Source: Octopus vulgaris (lineage: Eukaryota). Taken from it: a stretch of 64,000 nucleotides of DNA. The translations under genes were made by a program, and so were the position numbers. The notes beneath the pieces are model-generated. The model was not told the origin of the DNA. It worked only from the letters and a program-made list of their open reading frames with translations, and did no database searches. Each line of letters begins with the position of its first letter. The stretch's first letter is position 1. Shown here in pieces: positions 54,581 through 64,000 of the stretch. The stretch lies in assembly GCA_951406725.2 (NCBI GenBank), contig OX597820.1:76136001-76200000 (forward strand), in the 5' to 3' direction.

Positions 54581-56705
54581 AGTGGCTTGTATGCAAGCTA
54601 GTATATAAAGTATACAATTGGCCCTCAAAAACCTTTCTGTGATTAAAGTGGCACGCAATGTAATTCGAGTTGGCCATGCCTGCTCTACGTGGTCACTCGA
54701 CGTGCTAGAAATAGCAACCAAATACCCGTTCAACATATGATTCCAGCCGTGAACGGCCACAACGACGATGACACCGAAAACAAAACCATTCTCAATAGTA
54801 CTCTTACTACCACTGCTAGTACTCTTGCCACCACCCTGTCGTCTCCACGATAACTACCCAATAAATATCAGCATTGCTACGAACAGGGTCACAACCAAGA
54901 CCACCACCACCACCAACGCCACCACCACCACAATTGCCGCCGTTACTGCAACCACCACCACCACCATCATCACCACCATTGTCACCGCCACTGCAACCAC
55001 CCCCACTGCTTCTATCATTATTATCAACTCCCTTTTTTTCTCTCGCCCATTATCAGAGCCTCTGTCACTCATCGCAATTGCTTGTCATCACTAGAATTGC
55101 TACCACCCATGTCACCCATCGGCTTTATCAGCGCTGCCTTCGCTCTGTTTCAACACCACAACCACCATCAACATCACCATCACCATCATTCCCACCTAAT
55201 ACAAAAAAAAAAAAACAACTGAGAAATAACGCCTCCATCGCTAACTCTGCCGCCGCCGCCTCCGTCGCTGTCACTATCAGCGCTACCATATCAAATGCCG
55301 CCGCCGTCACCACCAACGCCACCGCCGCCACTACCAAAGCCGCCACCACCACCATCATCAACACCAAGAACAATACCAACGCCGCTGCTAGCACGACAAT
55401 CATCACCACCATCACCACCAACGCCGCCGTCACCAACGCCATCACCACCGTCACCTCCACCACTAGCGAGGCCGTTGCCGGTGTCGGCGCCGCCACCATC
55501 ACCACCACCACTTTCACTTATTCATGCCAACACACACTTATGCATCGCCACTACATCCACTCAAATCCATCTTTTCATGCAGGAGCCAGTCCTGATTTGA
55601 TTAGACTTGAAGCTCCAAAATACTAGCAGGGCACAATATGTGTACAAATGGTCCTAATACCATGAAACGTGATTCTTAAGTATGCTTAGGTATGGATTAA
55701 TTAATTATGAGATAATCAACTTGCGTAAATAATTAATTTAATTAGACTTTAAGCTCCAGTAATGAATCACATTGAACATTACTCCTTAGACACAAGTAAT
55801 ACATGAAAACTTAAGAAAACAAAACGGGTATGGAATGACAAATTAAGAAATTTTAATTAGACACTTAATCAGGAATTAATTAGACTTTCTGCCCCAATGT
55901 CAATTTCTTCGCAAAATTGTTCACTAAACCCAACTGAATCTATACATGTCACTTAAGAACTATTTTAGGTATGGATTTATAATTTAAGAAGCATTTTCTA
56001 GTAATCCCTATACACTAATTAAGGAGAAATATACACCTATTTTTCAAAAATCTGGTTTTTCAGTTCACGTACGTCACAATGTGACGGACTTAGATTTACG
56101 TGAGTCACATTTTTAACAGAATTTGTCACGTTTTTGTAAAGCTATATCCAATCCTTTACTCATATTCATTTGCATTCAGATCATCAGAGTATGAACACGC
56201 CTGATATTCGTCTTCCGCTATTCAACACATTCAGTAAGGGGATATCAAAAATAAATTATCATGGAGGACCATTACTCACCTGGCGATCCTGGGCAACCTT
56301 CATATTCCCCCGATCTCGTCATCTCTCAAACTGATCCCCACTTAATCCCACCTGATTCAACATTGAATATTGGCGGGTCCCAGTCGGAAACTGCGGATGT
56401 AGTTTTTGTGCGCGCGTTTTGTGACAGACCATGCCTTTCTTTTGCTAGGCTCAATTCTCATTTGCGAACCCTAGGAAAGCAAACCTCCACCAACTATTCT
56501 GATTATGTCACTGTGCACATATTTTAATGCAGTGTATGCCAGAAGGTTTGCAAATCTAACGGAGGCTTCGAAAGAAATTTTAAGATCCGCAAAGATCAGA
56601 ACTTATCTGCAGTTCTTGGTGGTTCAAATGGGATGTGGAGTCTATGTGGTGCCTTTTCAGAACCAATGCTCTGGTTTAAAAAAGCCACAAAAGATGCCAT
56701 GATGG

Positions 56706-57279
56706 TTTCTAGTGAGTCAGATATCCTATTATTGGTTGTCTCTTATTTGTTTGAATGTACACTGTATTCTTCTATGAATAATGTATAGTCTATTGACTAA
56801 ATTTTTCCTTCTCGCTAGACCACTGGTAACAAAGAATTTTTCTATAAATATTTTTGCTACCCTAAGATTTTTTAATTAATGATAAAAGGTTTTTGGCTAA
56901 TTTTGAAAGAAAAACGGCAATTTATTTATTGCCGGATAGTTCCGAGTTTGCGCGGAGGATTCGAAACATTATAACATATAGACACGTGGCATGTTAATTA
57001 TCGCCTTGTATCTATAAGTTGATCACTGGCATCCTACTGATGAAGCAACGCCAGATATAAATTAAAATTATTTTATTTTAATTTATATAACATTGCAGAA
57101 ACTATGCATAGTCTAAGAAAAATAGGGTAAATATTTTTACTTTTCATTCCCTTTCAGAATTGCAACTATTAGTGGCTTGGGGTTTTCACTGCTCTTTCTA
57201 GTGAGTCAGATATCCTATTATTGGTTATCTCTTATGTGTTTGAATGTAAACTATATTCTTCTATGAATAATGTATAGTC

Positions 57280-57284
<5 letters not shown>
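56706..57284 (+). mobile_element. 489-bp monomer with 90-bp direct repeat and degenerate HHR (partial-tandem pLTR/retrozyme-like)
   Basis: tttctagtgagtcagatatcc...gtatagtc occurs at 56706 and 57195. HHR-like 57034-57111: cta-CTGATGA-a-gcaacg...cattgc-a-GAAA-ctatg-C-A-tag. Confidence 0.65.
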
Positions 57285-57326
<42 letters not shown>

Positions 57327-58060
57327 ACCTCCAGCCCCCTCGATCTGTCTCTTTCTTCTCCTCCCTCGTCCACCTTCTCTCTCTTTTCATCTGTCCCTTT
57401 CTCTTGTCTTTTGTTCTCACGTGACCGCTGACCGCTGTTGAGCGCTCTTTTCGTTCCAGCAGCCGTTGAAGCAACACGTACTTGTTCGTCTCCCTGTGGC
57501 CATTAGGCACAACTTCATAAGCCAGCCCCATGCTCAATTCGTCCTGTCGAAAGACCCTTGTCCTACGTCCTGGTTTTGTTTTGTTGTTTATTTTTTATAC
57601 TTTATTTTTACCGTTATTGTTTTTACGTTTTTGTATTCTTATTGTTGTCACGTATTCTGTATTTTTGTTCGTGTACTTCGTTCGTTTTCCGTCCTCGTGT
57701 TGTATACATTCGAAGCTTTCTTCCAGGGGATCTAATGCACTTGGCTTAGATTTCCCGTGGCGGGCTGCCCATATCGGAGCAATCTCAAGATTAATCAGCC
57801 GAAATTGCTAAGATGATCTGGTTCTTGACTGATGACTGAGGGCTTCGAATGTCCCGTCCTGTGGTTCTTGTGTCGTCTCTGTGGCGTTTCATGTTCTTGT
57901 CCATTTTGACACAAATTATATTTAATTGTTGAAATGAATCTAACGATTGTTTCTTGTGTGTGTGTTCTTAAATGGCTTGTAAAGATCTTCCAAGCTGCAA
58001 TTGTTTTTGTTTCAGCACACGAACTCAGATCAAGTTACTTGCTATGCAAGTACATCTCCG

Positions 58061-58096
<36 letters not shown>

Positions 58097-58098
<2 letters not shown>

Positions 58099-58350
58099 AC
58101 GTGCAAGTGGCTGAATACTCCACAGAGACGCGTACCCTTAAAATAGTTTCCAGGGAGATTCAGCGTGACACAGAGTGTGACAAGACTGGCCCTTTGAAAT
58201 ACCGGTACAAATCATTTTTGCCAGCTGAGTAAACTGAAACAACGTAAAATAAAGTGACTTGCTCAAGGACACAACTCGTCACTGGGAATTGAACATACGA
58301 CCTTATGATCGTGAGCCGAATACCTAACCACTAAGCCACGCGCTCCTTCA
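58097..58350 (-). mobile_element. SINE sharing head and core with family 1 but with a different tail
   Basis: Minus strand tgaaggagcgcgtggcttagtggttagg...gttcaattccc...cttgagcaagtcactttatttt...cagctggcaaaaatg. Confidence 0.75.
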
Positions 58351-58746
58351 ACATTTGTGAAATTCAACTACGGTAGTAATTGAATAATATTCTTAAGTTC
58401 GCAATTTACTCACACACAGCAATTTCAGACTTAGTCGATAATTCAGTTCTTACCCAAATTGAAAAATGTTAACATTTTTGAAGAGTGCTGGTCCTTAGTT
58501 ACGTTTTGGCATTAAAAAAAAAAAAAACAGATTGAGACTTGGTCCACTAGAAAAATGTTTACATCAAAATTTGTTGCAATGTCATAGGTGAGCAAGTAAT
58601 ATTACCAATCAAATTTAGATCTAAATAACTTTTTTATTTTGAAAGCAAAATATATTTATCTTAGCTTCAATGATAGAAGAATGCATGAAGATTTGCATAG
58701 TTTTCGTCCCATGCAACAAAAATTTGTATCAGAAAAGTTGGGAGGT

Positions 58747-58908
58747 AGGCGCAGGAATGGATGTGTGGTAAGTAGCTTGCTAACCAACCACATGGTTCCG
58801 GGTTCAGTCCCACTGCGTGGCATCTTGGGCAAGTGTCTTCTGCTATAGCCCCGGGCCGACCAATGCCTTGTGAGTGGATTTGGTAGACGGAAACTGAAAG
58901 AAGCCTGT

Positions 58909-58967
<59 letters not shown>

Positions 58968-59176
58968 TTGTGTGTCTGTGTTTGTCCCCCTAGCATTGCT
59001 TGACAACCGATGCTGGTGTGTTTACGTCCCCGTCACTTAGCGGTTCGGCAAAAGAGACCGATAGAATAAGTACTGGGCTTACAAAGAATAAGTCCCGGGG
59101 TCGATTTGCTCGACTAAAGGCGGTGCTCCAGCATGGCCGCAGTCAAATGACTGAAACAAGTAAAAGAGTAAAGAGG
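58747..59176 (+). mobile_element. Full-length SINE family 2 (reference copy)
   Basis: tRNA-like head, CORE-like cttgggcaagtgtctt, internal (TA)n(TG)n, and (AGTAAAAG)n tail. Confidence 0.9.
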
Positions 59177-59707
59177 TAAAATATCATGGAAAAAATTGGA
59201 TTTAATTACCTTTTTTTATTTTAAAAACAAATTATATTTTAATTAAGCTTTTAATGGTTGAGCTCAATTCGAGGAATTTCATGCTATCATCTCATGCGAT
59301 CAAGTTTTAAAAAAACAACTTATGGGTGTTTCTCAAATTTGAGGGTGACAATATATTTCCATATTTTTTATGTATATAGTTTTATAAGGAAACTTTTAAT
59401 AAGTCACCGGCATCGCTGATGTAAGGAAAAACAATTATAAACGACACCACTAATTGACACATTTGACACATTATTAAATAGCATAATAGCATAGCCTGGA
59501 AAAAAACATGGATTACTTGGGAAAATGCGAGCAAAAGAAATAATATTCTTACTTTATAAATCTGGAAAGCGTCTACATCTGGAAATATATTTTCCTCCTA
59601 TACCTCCCCACTCTCTATATATACTCGTTATGAGATAATCTCACCGATCAGATCTCCTGGATTTCAGTTGCATGGAACTCTGCATTATACTCCTCTATAT
59701 CAAATTA

Positions 59708-59996
59708 CTATGTGGTTAGGGCAGTGGACTCGCGATCGTAGGATCGCGGTTTCGATTCCCAGACCTGGCGTTGTGAGTGTTTATTGAGCGAAAACACCTA
59801 AATCTCCACTAGGCTCCGGCAGGGGGTGGTGCCGATCTCTGCTGTACTCTTTCGCCGCAACTTTCTCTCACTTCTTCTTCTGTTGGACTGCTCACTTAGC
59901 CAATGGGGTGGTGTCATTCGAAGGCTAAAACAATACGAAGCATATTGTGATCAGCGACGAGTAGTAACTTCTGATAGCCTGGTCGGTCACGTGATG
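59708..59996 (+). mobile_element. tRNA-derived SINE, family 4
   Basis: gtggttagggcagtggactcgcgatcgtaggatcgcggtttcgattccc head, ending in gtcacgtgat. Confidence 0.7.
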
Positions 59997-60975
59997 TGGA
60001 CTGTTAGCCGAGTCCAGTAGAAGAGATTTCTGTGAAAGTTGCACACAAGTCTAGAAATTCATTTATTGTACCTCGGGTGGACACACTTGAAGCTGACTTG
60101 AAGTAAAGAGAGGATGTAACTGAAGAGGTGGTAATTGGCAACGAATAGACCAAGACAATGAAGACTAATTGATTGATGCAACAAACGATTAGTTAAAATA
60201 GTAAAGTAGTTAACCAAATGACGCATATCAAAGAAGTGAAATAGAACCAGCGCGTGTTTATTATTGGCACAATGCATCTTCCGAGACTCAATAAAAAACG
60301 ACTTTTTTTTATGATGATGAGGGTTAAACCGAAACAATAATACAATAATACATCGATCGCGCAAAAGTACCACGACCTTCACCGTCGACGCCGCTACCAC
60401 TACTGCCACCACCACCACCAACAACAACAACAATAACACCGTAGTGATGCGACCGACAAATCCTCGCCATGAACATGTCTGACCTTTCAGTAAATACATA
60501 TAGACGTTTATAATTGAACGAATCCAAGAATAAATAAATAAATAAACAATGTATCTATTGCATTTCGTAAAAAGCTGCGGATGTTGGCACCGAGAGGAGG
60601 CAGCTGTGGACTGTATCGGTTACATGAGGTGTGATGGGTCCATGTGAAAGATTGGCTGACATCGATTACACACACACACACACACACACATACACACATA
60701 TATACACACACACATATACATACATATATACACATATTACATACACACATGCATACACACGCACACAAACAGACATGAGTACATCCGTACGTATGTATAT
60801 GTGTTTGTATAAATATCTGTACGTATATATATATGTATATATATATGTGTGTGTGTATGTGTGTATATATATATATGTGTGTGTGTGTGTGTGCATAAAC
60901 ACACAGACACATATATATGCATACACATAGATGCACACATAAATATATATGCATATATGTATATTAATATATATG

Positions 60976-61006
<31 letters not shown>

Positions 61007-61052
61007 TTGTGTATACATATACATATATATATATATACACACACCAAATGTT

Positions 61053-61096
<44 letters not shown>

Positions 61097-61102
61097 CACA
61101 CG

Positions 61103-61216
<114 letters not shown>

Positions 61217-61559
61217 GACGCGCATACATGCAATTTTGTGCCGGTTGAATTATCGCACGTCGCTTGGAAATGTGAACAGCGACGGAGTGTAACATCGGCT
61301 TCTATCGATTAAACAAACTCTGCTACATGTATTGAGATGCCTATCCCCGTCGGAATATCCCAAAGTGTGTATGTTCATGTATCTGTACGTGCGTGTATGC
61401 GTGTGTGTGTGATCACGTGTATATGTGTGTATATCTAATGGTACATATATATGTCTGTGTGTGTGTACAGACACATAAGCTTCCGTAGCAGAAACAATGT
61501 ACAACATTATAAACGCTAGCTTAAGACCTTGGTAGATGAGATCTACCAAGCGCTCGTGC

Positions 61560-62047
61560 GAAAGATTCTCCTTTACGGCATCGAGTCATGGCCGATGAGG
61601 GTGGAAGATATTAAGCGACTAGAACCCTTCGATCACCCCTGTCTACGCCGCATCCCTCGTGTCTGATGGCATCCCTTTGTCTCCAACAATTCGGTGCGAT
61701 ACCAGTGCAAAATCACCTCCCTCCGACAAGTCATCCTAACGAGACGTCTGCGTTGGCTGGGTCATGCCCTCCGTCGTCAACCAGGAGAATTCATCTACGA
61801 AGCAATTGCCCCAGCTCCCCTTCAGGGTTGGCGAAAGCGATGTGGTGGACAACGAAAAACCTGGCTGATGACAGTCAAGGCTGATCTGGAACCCAACCTT
61901 GGCCCCCATGTCTACGGCATTCGCCGCTGGAATAAGGAGTTGTTGGAGATCATACGGTCGTTAGTCTCAAATCGCCATGCCTGGTCGGCGTTTGTGAGAG
62001 ATGCAGCATTGAGGATGAAGGAAGCCAGCTCAACCCACCCCGGGTGA
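61560..62047 (+). pseudogene. RTE-clade LINE RT C-terminal fragment
   Basis: IKRLEPFDHPCLRRI...VSNNSVR...RRLRWLGHALRR...GGQRKTW. Confidence 0.8.
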
Positions 62048-62131
62048 ATGATTCAGTGCGACCATGAGATAGAGACGCTAGAGATATGAAGAAGACGCTA
62101 GAAGCAAGATATAACAAACCTTACAAGTGAC

Positions 62132-62325
62132 ATTCGAGCGGTTCCAAGCAGTGCTGTTTTCAGCAAGTGCTCTCCCTTTATTGCAGCCCTATCTGTTCCA
62201 CGTACTTCTCAAGATTTTTACTCACTATTCCCAGGGCTCCAACAATCATTGGTACTACTACGACCTTTTCCATCGACCATAACTGCTTAACTTCCCAAGG
62301 TAACCTGTCGTATCTTTCAACTTTA
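62132..62325 (-). pseudogene. R4/Dong subfamily C endonuclease fragment
   Basis: KVERYDRLPWEVKQLWSMEKVVVVPMIVGALG...aaaacagcactgcttggaaccgctcgaat matches 12160-12220. Confidence 0.75.
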
Positions 62326-63160
62326 CATCTTTGCGTAAAGTAGGCTAAAAACAATAATTGATAAAACATCCACCATACAATGCCATAGCAAAGTCTATCT
62401 CGTCTTCGGTATTATGGGACACAAGAATTTATCAAGAGATTTTACCTTTTTGTTTTCTAAGCCTTAACGGTTCGCAACCGAAGTCTATATGAAATTTGAG
62501 GATTCATATAAGAGTTTGTTGTTAAAATTTATCCGCAATATATTGGTACTATTTCTACAATGCTCCAAACACTGTTACACTTCTTTTTCCTACTAATGAT
62601 AAAAATGTAATAGGATATTTTAAACCTCGATTTACTGCGGAGGTCTCTCCTTGCAAAATAGGAAACAAGGAGGTCCATAGGAAAAAAAAAAAAAACCAAA
62701 AAAGGTGTTTGAAAACCAGCGTTCTTAGTTGAACTTTGGAGGAGATTTGGTTAAAATTTCTAGCAAACCTAGTGGCTACGTAGTAAGTCATCCGACTGGT
62801 TTATAAAGTGAGGTTTTGTAACAGATATATCACAGTTAACTACAGCGTCGGTCATTAAGTTGGTAATTAAACACCAATAAGATTAATCATTCTGAAAAAC
62901 TTTAGCAATTTAATTACAAATCTTAAGACTGGTATTAGTGTTAGAAACTTTTGACACCATATATATACATATTAATCTTTATTTTCTTCATTAATCTCTT
63001 ATTTCAACTATTGGCCATTTATTGCATATTAACATGCAAATGTATCTAGACGCAAGCCTAAAGTCACACATGCAGACAGATATACAATCTCTCTCTGTGT
63101 AAATTAGGTATGCTCATAATTATAGCGACATATGTATGGATAGATGTGTGTGTGTGTGTA

Positions 63161-63204
<44 letters not shown>

Positions 63205-63424
63205 GGGTGCAATTTGATAACTGCGAGGGATTCATATTCATGTGTCAACTCGTGTGTACACCCGCAGCAGTTAATGATTTACTAAATTGTATTAATTACT
63301 CCACTGCATTGGTATGTATGCATGTATGTATGTGTAGACGGATGGATGGAAGTGTGTATATATATGCATATATATAGGTATATATATATATGCATATATA
63401 TTTATTTATGCATATATATACGAA

Positions 63425-63454
<30 letters not shown>

Positions 63455-63456
<2 letters not shown>

Positions 63457-64000
63457 AGTGTGGTAAGAAGTTTGCTTTACAACCACATGGTTCTGGGTTC
63501 AGTCCCACTGCGTGGCAACTTGAGCAAGTGTCTTCTACTATAGCCTCGGGCCGACCAAAGCCTTTTGAGTGGATTTGGTAGACGGAAACTGAAAGAAGCC
63601 CGTCGTATATATATGTATGTATATAGTCAGTGTGTATGTTACTGTGCGTTTGTGGATATACGCAGAAGCTTAAAAGTATATACTCTTTTACTCTTTTATT
63701 TGTTTCAGTCATTTGACTACGGCCATGCTGGAGCACCACCTCTAGTCGAATAAATCGACACCAGAACTAATTCTTTGTAAGCCTCGTAGTATTCTATCGG
63801 TCATGTGTTTGTTGTTTGTGTTTGTCTCCCCACCACCACTACAATCACTTGACAACCGATGTTGGTGCGTTCACGTCCTCGTCCATAAGCGGTTCGGCAA
63901 AACGTGACCGATAGAATACTACGAGGCTTACAAAGAATTAGTTCAGGTGTCGATTTATTCGACTAGAGGTGGTGCTCCAGCATGGCCGTAGTCAAATGAC
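63455..64000 (+). mobile_element. SINE family 2 carrying an internal inverted duplication of its own tail
   Basis: 63708-63803 is the reverse complement of 63905-64000 with 1 mismatch seen. Confidence 0.85.

Larger units (their letters stand above)
53714..54682. mobile_element. Non-autonomous hAT (Charlie-like) element containing nested CR1 and SINE
   Basis: TIRs catagctggccaac / gttggccatgcctg, subterminal gcggcccg repeats, and 8-bp TSD ttctacgt/ctctacgt. Confidence 0.75.

Noticed and set aside
54768-55626. Pro/Thr/Ala-rich mucin-like ORFs
   Set aside because: Degenerate (CAC/CGC)n tract that is open in several frames on both strands.
57826-57860. CTGATGA...GAAT candidate
   Set aside because: No convincing stems I and II.

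Overview
AT-rich animal genomic DNA full of microsatellites. I infer an octopod cephalopod (Octopus) from the SINE families and the GC-expanded 28S rDNA. I could not identify any host protein-coding exon. Nearly all ORFs in the supplied track are microsatellite artefacts, and every real coding remnant belongs to a transposable element. These are a head-to-tail train of six R4/Dong-type (RT + CCHC + REL endonuclease) insertions in a (TAA)n tract (7.4-12.3 kb), a Tx1-like 3' end in (TCTA)n, CR1, RTE and Penelope (GIY-YIG) fragments, a decayed Tc1 with ~230-bp TIRs, hAT and mariner MITEs, and many tRNA-derived SINEs. A dispersed 28S rRNA 3' fragment (40.2-41.05 kb) is fused to a ~72-bp TTCCAGGAA satellite, which contains a 34-bp array derived from a SINE segment. 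The most notable signal is about 11 minimal type I hammerhead ribozyme (HHR) motifs, read by eye on both strands. They include a related family of ~350-360-bp direct-repeat monomers that look like non-LTR retrozymes (one with a compensatory U3-A8 core) and a tRNA-headed SINE-like element whose tail is a hammerhead. All coordinates were read manually and may be off by a few bases.
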